Shown here piece by piece: positions 6,998 through 17,550 of a stretch of 64,000 nt of DNA. The notes under the pieces were generated by a model. It was not told the DNA's origin, searched no databases, and saw nothing but the letters and a program-made list of their open reading frames with translations. The translations under genes and the position numbers were made by a program. The DNA comes from a virus: IMG/VR virus record IMGVR_UViG_3300003323_000328, positions 27,913 to 91,912 of that record; one strand, 5' to 3'. The number at the start of each line of letters is the position of its first letter. The stretch's first letter is position 1.

Positions 6998-9069
6998 TGT
7001 TAGTTAACTCAACTTATTTTAGAGAAGCAGCTATTCATTTTACTAAATACGGGTGTTATACTAAAGCACCTAAAGGTAGTAAGGATTGGTATGAGTATTG
7101 GAGAGAAGAAGAGAAAAGATGTTTACAGGGTTATAAAGTAGGTGATACTAAAATAACTGGTAAACATTATTTTTATCTTAACTATACTCCTATTAAAAGA
7201 GTAGTAGGAAAAGGTAAGACACAACGTAAAGTTGTTTCTTTTCCTGCTTTCTGGGAAATAGATTATAATTGGTGGTGGTATAAAGAAATAGCTTGGTATG
7301 GTTGTACTCCTGAACAATTATCCTCTTTAAAGTTATGGAAAGAACCTACATACTTAGGTGGTGCTCGTCATCTTAGCTGTCTTAAAACAAGACGTGCTGG
7401 TTTCTCTTATAAAGAAGCTGCTGATGGCACTTATAATTATAATTTTATTCCTGGTTCTATTAGTTACTTTCTTGCTGATAAAGAAGATTACTTAATTAAA
7501 GATGGTATTCTTAATAAAGTTGGGGATAATTTAGATTGGTTAAATAAATATACAGATGGATACTGGCTTAAAAATAGGCATAAGCATAATACCTTAATGC
7601 ACCAAGAAGCCAGTTATATAGATAATAAAGATAAGCAAGTTAAAGGTTTTAAATCGTCTATAATAGGGGTAACAGTTGCTGGTGATCCTGATAAAGCTCG
7701 TGGTAAAGATGGTCTAAAAATTACGTTTGAAGAAGCGGGTTCTTTTAATAATCTTAAAGCTGCTCTTGATATAGTTGTTCCCTCTGTTAGATCAGGCAGT
7801 ACTCTTACTGGTCAAATTTCTGTATTTGGTACTGGTGGTGAAGAAGGTGCAGACATTGAAGGTTTAGATGAAATCTTTAATGATCCTGAAACTTATGATA
7901 TGCTTCCATTTAAAAATGCTTGGGAAGATTATGAAGCTACAGAATGTGGTGTGTTTATACCATGTTATATGGCTAATACTACATTTATAGATGAGGAAAC
8001 AGGTAAAGTAGATATTCAAGCAGCTATAGAAGCTGATGATGTGGAGAGAGAGAAGAAAAGAAAGGCTACTGATCCTAAAGCTTTAGATAGAAGAATGGCA
8101 GAGTTTCCCAGAACTCCTACTGAAGCTCTCATTCGTGTTTCTGTTAATAACTTTCCTGCTGCTGAAGCTAAATATCAAAAAGCTAGAATTAAAAATTCAC
8201 TAGAATTTCAAGGTTTACTTAAACATGGTGAACTAGTTAGAGAACTTGAAGGACTTAGATTTTATGTTAAATCTAGAGTAGATGCTTGTCCAGTTGATTA
8301 CTATCCACATAAGAAAGATCATAATATACAAGGTTGTATTACTATAGTACAAGAACCTCAAAGAGATAGTAATGGTAAGATATCTGAAAATCTTTATATA
8401 GTTAATGTCGATCCTTACTATGATGATGAAGCAGAAGATACAACATCTTTAGGTTCTGTGTATGTGACTAAACGTTTTAATAATTTTACTCCTACTCATA
8501 GTATGGATGTAGCTTGGTTTAATGGTAGACCAAGATCTCTTACAACTTTTCATGAAAATGTAGTTAAACTAGCTGAATATTATAATGCAAAGATACAATC
8601 AGAAGTCGGTGGTGGTGGTAAAGGACTTTACGACTACTGTTATAAACATAAGAAGTTACATCTATTGGAATTTACTCCTATTAATATTAATAATCAAGAA
8701 ATTAAGAAAGAAAAAGGAAATAGAACATACTTGATGACAATGAGTACTGATGATAAAAGACAGGGTATTACTTATTATCAGGATTATTTAAAAGAGATAG
8801 TTGGTATTGATGAGAATGGAAATCAACTATTGAATATTCATTTTGTATATGACTTGGGACTTCTGGATGAAATTATTAAATTCAATCCGAAAAAGAATGC
8901 TGATAGAATTTCCGCTCAAATAGTGAAGCAATTTATGCTTAGGGAAAAATATCAAGTGGCTCTAAAAGATAGTAGTAAAAAGAACACTAGTCTTGCAGAC
9001 AGAGGACTCTTTGGAAAAACAACTGGACAACCATTATTACGATTAAAAGGAGATGACGTATTTATATGA
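6997..9069 (+). CDS. terL: terminase large subunit
   Basis: Walker A-like KTRRAGFSY, Walker B ITFEEAG, VFGTGG coupling motif, nuclease motifs VNVDPY and NADRISA. Confidence 0.93.
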   Translation: MLVNSTYFREAAIHFTKYGCYTKAPKGSKDWYEYWREEEKRCLQGYKVGDTKITGKHYFYLNYTPIKRVVGKGKTQRKVVSFPAFWEIDYNWWWYKEIAWYGCTPEQLSSLKLWKEPTYLGGARHLSCLKTRRAGFSYKEAADGTYNYNFIPGSISYFLADKEDYLIKDGILNKVGDNLDWLNKYTDGYWLKNRHKHNTLMHQEASYIDNKDKQVKGFKSSIIGVTVAGDPDKARGKDGLKITFEEAGSFNNLKAALDIVVPSVRSGSTLTGQISVFGTGGEEGADIEGLDEIFNDPETYDMLPFKNAWEDYEATECGVFIPCYMANTTFIDEETGKVDIQAAIEADDVEREKKRKATDPKALDRRMAEFPRTPTEALIRVSVNNFPAAEAKYQKARIKNSLEFQGLLKHGELVRELEGLRFYVKSRVDACPVDYYPHKKDHNIQGCITIVQEPQRDSNGKISENLYIVNVDPYYDDEAEDTTSLGSVYVTKRFNNFTPTHSMDVAWFNGRPRSLTTFHENVVKLAEYYNAKIQSEVGGGGKGLYDYCYKHKKLHLLEFTPININNQEIKKEKGNRTYLMTMSTDDKRQGITYYQDYLKEIVGIDENGNQLLNIHFVYDLGLLDEIIKFNPKKNADRISAQIVKQFMLREKYQVALKDSSKKNTSLADRGLFGKTTGQPLLRLKGDDVFI

Positions 9070-11435
9070 TAGAATCTAAAGATGTACAAAAAAGCTCTGT
9101 AGGTAGACCTCTTCAACTTCTTTCCTATAATGAAAAAGTTAAGAATGAAAATGCCTGGGGTAAAGAAGTAATAGATTATTATATTAGAACTGCTAGTTTT
9201 GGATCAATTGCTACAATAAGTGATAGATTAGCTATATCTAATATTAATCAATTATATGCTGCATATAACGGGGAATTACCTGCTAATATTTTTGATTCTG
9301 TTACTGATCCTCTAAAAGCTTCACAAGAAAAATATAAAGGATTTCCTGCTGAAATTCGTCCTTATAATATAATAAGACCTAGTATTGATCTTTTAATTGG
9401 AGAGTGGAATAAACGTCCATTTCAATATGATGTAGTTAATGCTGATGGAGAAGACGCTTTTAATAGTTTTGAATATTATAAAAGTGAAACTTATAGAAAT
9501 AATGTTATTCAAAGAGTTGTTAATACTATAAGTCAACAAAGAGGAGATAGCGAAGACACACAACTTCCTGTTTCCAATCCACAGACTATAATGTCTGAGT
9601 TAAATCTTAATTATAAAGATGTAAAAGCTCTTAAAGGTTATAGAGCCTTAAAAGTTTTAGATTTAGAATTAAAACTAAGAGAGGTTTGGAGACAGTTATT
9701 TAAAGATTGGTGTATAGGTGGAGAAGTTAATACTATTAAAATTCCTCTTCATGGAACTATTAAATATCTTAGACTCCCTGCTGGTTCTGTGTTTACAGAA
9801 CAAAGTAATCTTAGTAAAGATATAGAAGATAATGAATCTGCTGTAGTTAAATTTGTTGTTAGTACTTCTGAAATAGTAGATTTATTTTATGATAAAATAA
9901 AAGAAGAGGACTTAAAAGATCTTGATAGTAGTAATACAACTAGTATTTCTACTAGACTATTTACTACTTTTACTCTTGATACTGAAGGACAGTATATGGG
10001 TAAAGATAAACATGATCTCTTTTATATTACATGGAAAAGTAAAAAACTTATTGGATTTCTTACATATCCTGATCCTTTCAGTGGGATTGAACAATATGAT
10101 ATTGTTGATGAATCTTATAAAGTAGATAAAGAAGCTGGAGAATCTGTAGAATGGATGTGGGTAAATGAAGTATGGGAAGGATGGAGAATCGGAGATGATA
10201 AGTATATAGGAATACAACCTATTACTTGTCAAAGAAATGAAATGAATAATTTTTCTGCCTGTAAACTTCCTATTAATGGTAGAAAATTCTCAGATACTCA
10301 AACAAGTAATATTTCTATTGCTCTTCTGGGTATGCCTTATCAAATATTGTATATTATTTTAATGTATAGATTGGAACTTACTATTGCTAAATCAAAAGGT
10401 AAAATAGTTCTTTTAGATAAGAATGTTCTTCCAGATGCTGAAGATGGTGGTGAAGAACACTTCTTTTATTATGCGGAGGCTTTAGGATATGCACTAGTTG
10501 ATCCTAAAAAAGGAGCTGCCGGATTTAATCAATACACTGTATTAGATTTATCTCTATTTCAACATATACAAGAACTTATACGTATTATAGAATATGTAAA
10601 AGCTCAGTGGGATGAATTACTTGGTATCACAAGACAACGTAAAGGAGATATTACAGCTTCTGATGGTCTTGGTAACTCTGAACAAGCTATCTTTAGATCA
10701 TCTGTTATATCTGATCTTATATTTACTGGTTTTGAAGAGTTTCTTGAAAAAGAATTATCAGGTTTACTTGATTGTAGTAAATATGCTTGGGCTGATGGTA
10801 AAAAAGGAAGTTGGAGAAATGATGATGGTACTTTAGAAATGCTTTCTATTGAACCTGATGAATATTCTAATAGTAGTTTTGGAGTATATGTTAAAAATAT
10901 AAGTAAGTATTTAGATCAATTTAATGCACTTAAATCTAATATTAATGCTATTGCGCAACGTAAGGATGTTAAAACTTCTACTATAGTTGAGTTAATAACT
11001 ACTGAAAGTTTTACTGAACTCAAAGCACTAGTTAAAAAAGCTGAAGCTGCTGAACAAGAAATTATTAAGGCTACTGCTGAAAACGAACAAAAAGCCAAAG
11101 CACAACAAGAAGAAAGTCAAAAACAATGGGAGTACTTCTTGAAGAGTCTTGATATTGATTTCATGGAAAGAGAGTGGGATAGAAGAGATAATAATGAATA
11201 TATTAAAGCTGATGCTACTCCTAAAACTGATGGTACTACTGTAGATTTAGTAACACTACAGAAAAATTCTAATGATCGATTAGCTCAAATGGAAAAGAAT
11301 CGGCAAGAAGAGCAAAAGAATAGAACAGAAAAAGATTGGCAACAAATAGAAAGGGAAAAGATAGCTAGTCAAGAAAGAATTGCAAAGGATAAGAATAAAG
11401 TTGCATTGAAAAATAAAGTCGTGGGAGAGAAGTAA
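9066..11435 (+). CDS. portal protein
   Basis: 789 aa after TerL; crAss portal-like motifs WVNEVWEG, CKLPING, GITRQRKG; C-terminal coiled coil. Confidence 0.88.
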   Translation: MIESKDVQKSSVGRPLQLLSYNEKVKNENAWGKEVIDYYIRTASFGSIATISDRLAISNINQLYAAYNGELPANIFDSVTDPLKASQEKYKGFPAEIRPYNIIRPSIDLLIGEWNKRPFQYDVVNADGEDAFNSFEYYKSETYRNNVIQRVVNTISQQRGDSEDTQLPVSNPQTIMSELNLNYKDVKALKGYRALKVLDLELKLREVWRQLFKDWCIGGEVNTIKIPLHGTIKYLRLPAGSVFTEQSNLSKDIEDNESAVVKFVVSTSEIVDLFYDKIKEEDLKDLDSSNTTSISTRLFTTFTLDTEGQYMGKDKHDLFYITWKSKKLIGFLTYPDPFSGIEQYDIVDESYKVDKEAGESVEWMWVNEVWEGWRIGDDKYIGIQPITCQRNEMNNFSACKLPINGRKFSDTQTSNISIALLGMPYQILYIILMYRLELTIAKSKGKIVLLDKNVLPDAEDGGEEHFFYYAEALGYALVDPKKGAAGFNQYTVLDLSLFQHIQELIRIIEYVKAQWDELLGITRQRKGDITASDGLGNSEQAIFRSSVISDLIFTGFEEFLEKELSGLLDCSKYAWADGKKGSWRNDDGTLEMLSIEPDEYSNSSFGVYVKNISKYLDQFNALKSNINAIAQRKDVKTSTIVELITTESFTELKALVKKAEAAEQEIIKATAENEQKAKAQQEESQKQWEYFLKSLDIDFMEREWDRRDNNEYIKADATPKTDGTTVDLVTLQKNSNDRLAQMEKNRQEEQKNRTEKDWQQIEREKIASQERIAKDKNKVALKNKVVGEK

Positions 11436-11463
11436 AATTTAATAAAATAAACTATTTTTGAGT

Positions 11464-12636
11464 ATGCTAATTAAACATCCACATTTCGAACAGGGTAGCC
11501 CAAATGAACCAGCAGGAGGACAACAAGCTCCTGAAAAAGAAGTTGAAACTAAAGAGCTTGAAACTCTTAATAGTAAGGATCAAACTGCTCTTACAGAACA
11601 GGAAAAAGCAAGATTAACTGAGTTACAAGGTAAGTACGAACAAGTTTATAAAGATGCTAAAGGTAATGTTTTAACTAAAGAACAAGTTGCTGCTGCTAAA
11701 GAACTTGAAACTAAGGTTAATACTATTCTTAATAAACCTGAAGATCAGTGGACTCCTGAAGAAAAGAAGTTTATAGAAGAAAATACTGAACCAACTGAAG
11801 AAAATAAAAAATCTGTTTATCAACAAATAGATGAACAAAGAGGTTTAGATCTTGGAATTGATTATGGAGATGTTGATCCATTATCAGTTGAAGGTGTAGC
11901 TCTACGTGAAGAAGTATTAGAGAAAAGAGCTGTTAAAGAATATGATAACACTCTAAAGGCTAAGTATCCTAGAGCTTATCAGTTTATGGTACACGTTGCT
12001 CAAGGTGGTAAAGAAGAGGATTTCTTTAAACCTGAGAATGCAGATTTTAAATCATTGACTATTAATAAAGAAGATAAAGCTGGACAAGAAAAAATTCTTC
12101 GTATGGCTTTGGCTGCTAAAGGTAATTCTTCTGCAATTATTGAGGCTGTAATTACTAGTGTAAAAGATAAAGTTGCACTATATGAAACAGCGAAAGAGGA
12201 ACTAGAGAAGTTACAAGCAGAACAAAACCAGAAAGAACAAGCTAATCTTGCTAGAGCTAATGCTATGAAGCAAAAAGAAGAGCAAGACTATGCCAATCTA
12301 GCTGATTCTATCGAAACTGCTGTTTCTAAAGGATTTGAAGGAATTGTTGTTCCTGAAAAGGATAGACGTTCTTTCTTGGATTTCTTGGGTAGTAGATTAG
12401 ACTATAACAATGGTAGATTCTATGTTGCTAAAGAACTTAATCCTAAAGAAATAACAAAGGAACTTAAGTATCAATACTTTGAATTTAAAGGTGGGGATTT
12501 AAAAGGTCTTGTTGAAAGAGAAGCAAAAGCTCAAGTAGCAAGAAAGATTAAATCTGCTATTAAAGCAGAGATTGTACCTAAGAACGGTGGAACTGGTGGC
12601 TCTAGTAATTACAAACCACTTAAAGAAATCTTTTAA
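11464..12636 (+). CDS. putative scaffolding/head assembly protein
   Basis: acidic coiled-coil protein between portal and MCP; ATG at 11464 chosen over TTG at 11458. Confidence 0.6.
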   Translation: MLIKHPHFEQGSPNEPAGGQQAPEKEVETKELETLNSKDQTALTEQEKARLTELQGKYEQVYKDAKGNVLTKEQVAAAKELETKVNTILNKPEDQWTPEEKKFIEENTEPTEENKKSVYQQIDEQRGLDLGIDYGDVDPLSVEGVALREEVLEKRAVKEYDNTLKAKYPRAYQFMVHVAQGGKEEDFFKPENADFKSLTINKEDKAGQEKILRMALAAKGNSSAIIEAVITSVKDKVALYETAKEELEKLQAEQNQKEQANLARANAMKQKEEQDYANLADSIETAVSKGFEGIVVPEKDRRSFLDFLGSRLDYNNGRFYVAKELNPKEITKELKYQYFEFKGGDLKGLVEREAKAQVARKIKSAIKAEIVPKNGGTGGSSNYKPLKEIF

Positions 12637-12653
12637 ATTAATAGAATAAAACA

Positions 12654-14147
12654 ATGAGAAACTTTCAGTACCAAGTAAAAGAGATGGTGTTTGACGGTAA
12701 GAGTCTCTTGGATGAGCAGAATTTTTATAACCAGAATCAAGGGCAACCTTCTGAGTTAACAAAAAAGCTGACTTATATCATGGGCGATTACAATAGAAAT
12801 TATCCTATATCAATGATGACTATGGGTAATATTGCATCACCATCTGCAACTGTTGAACTCGATGATGTACAATTCACTTACCCCGTAATGGGTAGAGATG
12901 ATAAAGCTACCGGCTGTACATCTACCCCGTATACTTCCACTGATAAACCTGGAATTGGTCATAGCCAATTTTATATTTACTTTGGAGATAATTGGATTAA
13001 ACGTTTTTACACTATTGAATCTCCTAGAGGTGTTCAAGCTTATGTACTTGAAGATCCTCAACCTGAAGGAGATCAGTGGCGTTATACTGTACAACTTGAC
13101 CCTGCTGATGAAGATGACTACTGTCCAGTAACTGAACTTCAATATGGCTGTCAATGGGTTGAAGTTAATACACACGTTGCTGAATCTGAATCAAGAGGTA
13201 GCCGTTCTAAAATGGCGATGCCCGGTAAATGGAAAAACCAAATGGGTTTTATTCGTGCATCTATGGAATGGGCTGGTTCTGCTCCTAACAAGTTTATGAA
13301 TGTTAGTATTAAAACTGACAAAGGAGAAACCACTTCTTGGATGGACTTCTTTATGTGGCAGTTTGAAAAAAGATGGCTGAATGAATGTGAACATGCTTAT
13401 TGGTATTCACGTTATAACCGTCTTGCTGATGGCAGTATACCTCTTAAAGACTTGCTTACAGGAAAAGTGATTCCTCGTGGTTCTGGTCTTTTGGAACAAA
13501 TTCAAAATAAATCTACACACTCTAAACTGACTTACAATTCACTTGTTAATAAAATAGGTGATGCACTTTTTGGTCAGTCTGATTCAGGTGGAATGAGTAT
13601 TACTCTTCATACTGGTCTTGGAGGTATTAGAGATTTTGATAAAGCTATGAAAGAAGAAGGAGTTAAACTTCTTACTGATTTCACTGGTGTAGCTGATAAG
13701 TTTGTAACTGGTAGTGGTCGTGAGCTTATGTTAGGTGGTTTCTTTAATGGTTTCTATCATATTGATGGATACGTTATTAAAGTAAAACATAATCCTATCT
13801 TCGATCATGGACGTATTGCTCTTAAATCTCCTAAACATCCTGAAACTGGATTCCCTCTTGAATCTCACAGGTTGGTGTTTATAGATGATAATGACTATGA
13901 TGGACAACCTAATATTCAACACGTAGCACAAAAAGATCGTTCTTTCTTGCATGGTGTTGTAGCTGGTTTGGTTCAAATGCCTAGATCACTTGCTATTATG
14001 GGTGGATTTAATCTTAACAAAGAATCTATCCAACTGATTTCAGATGAGCAAGATAAAGGTAGCTATCATAGATTTAAATCTGCTGGTATTCAACAACTTC
14101 GCAGTACTAAGTCTTTCGATATGCAATGTGTAGCAGGAATTGTTTGA
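12654..14147 (+). CDS. major capsid protein
   Basis: 497 aa; GSGLLEQI, LHTGLGG, YHIDG, HNPIFD motifs; followed by strong terminator. Confidence 0.88.
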   Translation: MRNFQYQVKEMVFDGKSLLDEQNFYNQNQGQPSELTKKLTYIMGDYNRNYPISMMTMGNIASPSATVELDDVQFTYPVMGRDDKATGCTSTPYTSTDKPGIGHSQFYIYFGDNWIKRFYTIESPRGVQAYVLEDPQPEGDQWRYTVQLDPADEDDYCPVTELQYGCQWVEVNTHVAESESRGSRSKMAMPGKWKNQMGFIRASMEWAGSAPNKFMNVSIKTDKGETTSWMDFFMWQFEKRWLNECEHAYWYSRYNRLADGSIPLKDLLTGKVIPRGSGLLEQIQNKSTHSKLTYNSLVNKIGDALFGQSDSGGMSITLHTGLGGIRDFDKAMKEEGVKLLTDFTGVADKFVTGSGRELMLGGFFNGFYHIDGYVIKVKHNPIFDHGRIALKSPKHPETGFPLESHRLVFIDDNDYDGQPNIQHVAQKDRSFLHGVVAGLVQMPRSLAIMGGFNLNKESIQLISDEQDKGSYHRFKSAGIQQLRSTKSFDMQCVAGIV

Positions 14148-14173
14148 TCAACATAGGTTAGGTTTGGGTTTTC

Positions 14174-14202
14174 GAGGGAGGGAGTTTCTCCTTCCCTCTT
14201 TT
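14174..14202 (+). terminator. intrinsic terminator after MCP
   Basis: GAGGGAGGGAG-ttt-CTCCTTCCCTC followed by TTTT. Confidence 0.85.
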
Positions 14203-14226
14203 ATTGTAACCAATTTTATTAATTAT

Positions 14227-15195
14227 ATGCCAACAAAAAAGAAGTTTATTAAACGTAATCGTCCATTTGTACATGAACAACTAAAATCTGTCGAAGCTCA
14301 AGAACAATTAGGATTATCAAGACAAGGAATAGGTTCTTATTTTGTAAGTTCTGTTTCTGCTAGAAAAGGCACTGGATTAAGTGAGGAAGAAATAATATTA
14401 CTCTTACCTCAAATTTTAAGTCTCCAACCTACTGATCCTGATTTTAGAAAAGAAGTTGATAGGTTTTATACAGAAATAAATACATTTATTTCTTATGATC
14501 GTGGAAGAGAATTTGAAGTAGGTCTTAGTATTGATAATGATCTTCCTGTTACTCACTTTATTGAAGTTACACAAGGAGATAAGGCTGTAAAAGTATATAA
14601 TATGCCAATAGAATTGGAAGATTATGTACGTTTTAGACATGCACAATCACATCCTTGGACTGCTGGTAGTCCTGAGGATGCAAAAGGTAATACTACTATA
14701 CATTTTTATGTAGAAGATCCTGAATTAGTAGTTAAAAATAAACTTAGTAGTTCTGATCTCGCAGATAAAGCTATTACTGTTTATCAACAAGTTAAAGACG
14801 ATGAATTAAAAGTAAAAGCTATTCTTACTGTTCTTAGTCCTTTTATTAAAAAGAAAAGACCTGGAGAAGTGTTTGTAGCTGATAATCTTCCATTTGGAGA
14901 ACAAATTATTCATCTCAGAGAACTTGCTATTAGTAAACCTAAAAGTTTTTATGATGCAGCAACTGATGAAAGTTTAGCTGAAAAATATAGAATAATTGAA
15001 CTTATTCGTACAGGACTTTTAATGCGGGCTGGTACTAGTATTCTTGTTACAGAAAGTAAGGAATTACTTGGTGTAGGAGAAGAAGCTGCTGCTACTGCTT
15101 TATTTAAAAATCCTGCAAATGCTCAAACTCTTCAAATGCTTAAGCATCAATATGATTCTAGACGTAGAGAAGAAAAAGCATTAACACTTAAATGA
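14227..15195 (+). CDS. conserved virion-module protein downstream of MCP
   Basis: start reassigned to ATG 14227 because the track start runs through the terminator; PIELEDYVRFRHA motif; position. Confidence 0.7.
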   Translation: MPTKKKFIKRNRPFVHEQLKSVEAQEQLGLSRQGIGSYFVSSVSARKGTGLSEEEIILLLPQILSLQPTDPDFRKEVDRFYTEINTFISYDRGREFEVGLSIDNDLPVTHFIEVTQGDKAVKVYNMPIELEDYVRFRHAQSHPWTAGSPEDAKGNTTIHFYVEDPELVVKNKLSSSDLADKAITVYQQVKDDELKVKAILTVLSPFIKKKRPGEVFVADNLPFGEQIIHLRELAISKPKSFYDAATDESLAEKYRIIELIRTGLLMRAGTSILVTESKELLGVGEEAAATALFKNPANAQTLQMLKHQYDSRRREEKALTLK

Positions 15196-16238
15196 GAGCA
15201 CTTACAGTACGTGAATTAATTATTGAAGTACAACAACAGGTACAGAGACTCGGATCTTATAAAAGAGATAAGACTTCCGAGCCTCTTATCATTTGGAGAC
15301 TTAATACTGCACAGGATAGGTTTATACGCGATTGTATAAAACCTGACCCTAACCAGAATGACAAGTTTTCAATTAATGAAGAAAGTAGAACTAGTATTCA
15401 AGCTCTTATTGAAACAAATAAGAGCTTGTTAGTTTATAATGATATCAGTGGTACTTATTCTATACTTCCTTCTAATTTAGCTTATTTAGTTAATGACAGA
15501 AGTATAATTCTTCCTGATTGTAATGCACAATTTAGTTCTCCTTCTAGTAGTTATATAATTACGGCTACAGCTATTCCTTTTAACGAAAGTACTAAAGCAA
15601 ATGCTCCTTACTATTCCATCACAGCCACTGGTTCTTCTAGTAATAGTATTAGCTATAATCTTGCTAATAAAAAAGAAAGCTTTGAAATAATTGAAGTTGT
15701 TGCAAATCAATTAATTCAAGCAGGTGCATTAGATGTTTATTGGGAGAGTTTTAATGGTTGGTATGTGCCTAATAGTTTTATTGCAGTACATAGGATAGAA
15801 ACTGGACAATCTCCTCCACCTACTTTTGGTTTAACAATAGATGGAGTAGTTTCACAAACTTCTGTTAAAAACTTTACTGTTAATAAGTTTAAATCTTTTA
15901 GTGGCAATCAAGTACCTAATAGGAGTTATAAAAATGATTATGTACATGATGCAGTTAATTATAATTACTATGATCAACCTATTCCTGAAAGTCCTGTTAC
16001 TTATTTAGGAGGAAATAAGTTAAATATTCTTACTAGTAAAAGATTCCTAGTTTCCGAGATTATTTTAGACTACATTAGAAAGCCCCGAAGAATCAGTTTA
16101 TATTTGAATCAATCTTGTGAGTTAGATGGTTCTGTACATGAAAAGATTTGTAGTATTGCTACTGAGATGATTTTATCTAATATAGAAGCAGAAAACTACG
16201 CTATTAAAGTACAGGAAAATATAAATAGATTAGACTAA
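15192..16238 (+). CDS. putative tail ring / head-tail connector protein
   Basis: LNTAQDRFI, LDYIRKP, CELDGSVHEKIC motifs typical of adaptor rings. Confidence 0.65.
   Translation: MRALTVRELIIEVQQQVQRLGSYKRDKTSEPLIIWRLNTAQDRFIRDCIKPDPNQNDKFSINEESRTSIQALIETNKSLLVYNDISGTYSILPSNLAYLVNDRSIILPDCNAQFSSPSSSYIITATAIPFNESTKANAPYYSITATGSSSNSISYNLANKKESFEIIEVVANQLIQAGALDVYWESFNGWYVPNSFIAVHRIETGQSPPPTFGLTIDGVVSQTSVKNFTVNKFKSFSGNQVPNRSYKNDYVHDAVNYNYYDQPIPESPVTYLGGNKLNILTSKRFLVSEIILDYIRKPRRISLYLNQSCELDGSVHEKICSIATEMILSNIEAENYAIKVQENINRLD
16075..16106 (+). promoter_or_regulatory. putative internal promoter for 16253..17491
   Basis: TTAG, 20-nt spacer, TATATTTG (16099-16106); the downstream gene has its own terminator. 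Confidence 0.4.
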
Positions 16239-16252
16239 AATATAAAAATAAA

Positions 16253-17491
16253 ATGGCTATTAAACGATTTACACGAAAAACAAAAGGTTTTAATGCTCAA
16301 GTATTTGTAGCAAAAGCAATAGATTATACTACCGATGCTACATACGCTCTGTTTATACAGAATGCTCCTGTTGGAGAATTGGGAATTTTTGATGCTAATA
16401 ATGCTCTTCATACAGATGCTATTACTTCAACTGAGTCTCTTTTCTTTGCAATGAGAACTACTGAAGGTGTTAAAAAATCACCTCTTTACAAACTCACTGA
16501 TCTTACTTCACGTAAAAAACTTTATGTAGCTCCTGTAAAACAGGTAGCTTATGTAGGTTGGAACAGAACAGGTGGAGCTATCAATAATCCTACTATTGCT
16601 GCTGGTCAGACTTTTTTAGTAAGAGTTATTGAAACTACAGAAGGATATGCTCCATTTCCTACCTGGAGTTATGAATATACTACTAAACCTACTGATGCTA
16701 TTATTGATGTAATGAGAGCACTTGCTAAGAAGATTAATGATCCTAATGCTCCTGAGCATTCTCAAAATCTTCAGCTTGTTACAGCTAAAGTAACAGCAGA
16801 TGCTACTTATAGTAACTACTCTCTTACTGGAACTACTCCTACTCTTACTGTAACTAATGGTAGTACAGATGTAGTACTGGGTGGCACAACTCCTGCATCT
16901 GATATAGCTGTAAATGATTATATTTCATTTGCACCTAGTTCAACTCCTTCTGATTCTGTAGGTGATATTTATAAAGTAATATCTATTATAGGTACTGGTG
17001 ATGGTCAAATTTACCGTTTAGACCGTCCTTTTACTGGTGCCACTCAAACTTATTCTGAAGCAGAATCTGAAGGTACAAGAGTTAAGAAAGCAGCTACTTT
17101 TGTAAATGTAGGTCTTGAATTTACTACTATTGATAATGATGTAACTTTTAGACTTGCAGTAGATGAAAATATGGTAGATGCAGACATTACTTACAGTACT
17201 ACTTATACTAAAAGCAATGGTACTTATGAACAAGTACTTGCTATGGAAAAAGAAGGTCAGGTATTTAATGGTGATACTGCACAGAATGCTCAATTTGCAG
17301 CAGACTTTGGACAACAAGATACATTTGCTGTTTCTGGTGAAACTTATGATTTTTATCATTTTGATTTCCTTAAAGCAGAAAATGGTATAGCTCCTAAAGC
17401 TACTACTTCTCATAGAGGATATGTAGTAGTTCCTGTAGCTAAATCAGCAGGTAATGTTGATACTACATTGAATACTCTTTTCGGTTTATAA
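16253..17491 (+). CDS. abundant structural protein (auxiliary capsid/decoration-like)
   Basis: Thr/Ala-rich beta protein with own terminator; position in structural module. Confidence 0.6.
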   Translation: MAIKRFTRKTKGFNAQVFVAKAIDYTTDATYALFIQNAPVGELGIFDANNALHTDAITSTESLFFAMRTTEGVKKSPLYKLTDLTSRKKLYVAPVKQVAYVGWNRTGGAINNPTIAAGQTFLVRVIETTEGYAPFPTWSYEYTTKPTDAIIDVMRALAKKINDPNAPEHSQNLQLVTAKVTADATYSNYSLTGTTPTLTVTNGSTDVVLGGTTPASDIAVNDYISFAPSSTPSDSVGDIYKVISIIGTGDGQIYRLDRPFTGATQTYSEAESEGTRVKKAATFVNVGLEFTTIDNDVTFRLAVDENMVDADITYSTTYTKSNGTYEQVLAMEKEGQVFNGDTAQNAQFAADFGQQDTFAVSGETYDFYHFDFLKAENGIAPKATTSHRGYVVVPVAKSAGNVDTTLNTLFGL

Positions 17492-17511
17492 TAATTAATT
17501 GGATGTTTGCG

Positions 17512-17544
17512 GGGAAGGCTTTTGTGCCTTCCCTTAATTTTTTT
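17512..17544 (+). terminator. intrinsic terminator
   Basis: GGGAAGGC-6 nt-GCCTTCCC followed by TTAATTTTTTT. Confidence 0.75.
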
Positions 17545-17550
17545 ATTACT

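Noticed and set aside
11453-11460. TATTTTTG as promoter for the scaffold gene
   Set aside because: Only 3 nt before the ATG and no -33 element; probably chance in AT-rich DNA
9922-13131. Same-strand alternative ORFs (9922, 10612, 12898; also 17178, 22492, 51621)
   Set aside because: L/I/V/M-rich +1-frame shadows expected from T/A-ending codons; no independent signal
14140-14226. N-terminal extensions of ORF-track calls at 14140 and 17503
   Set aside because: They run through intrinsic terminators; ATG 14227 and ATG 17551 are better starts
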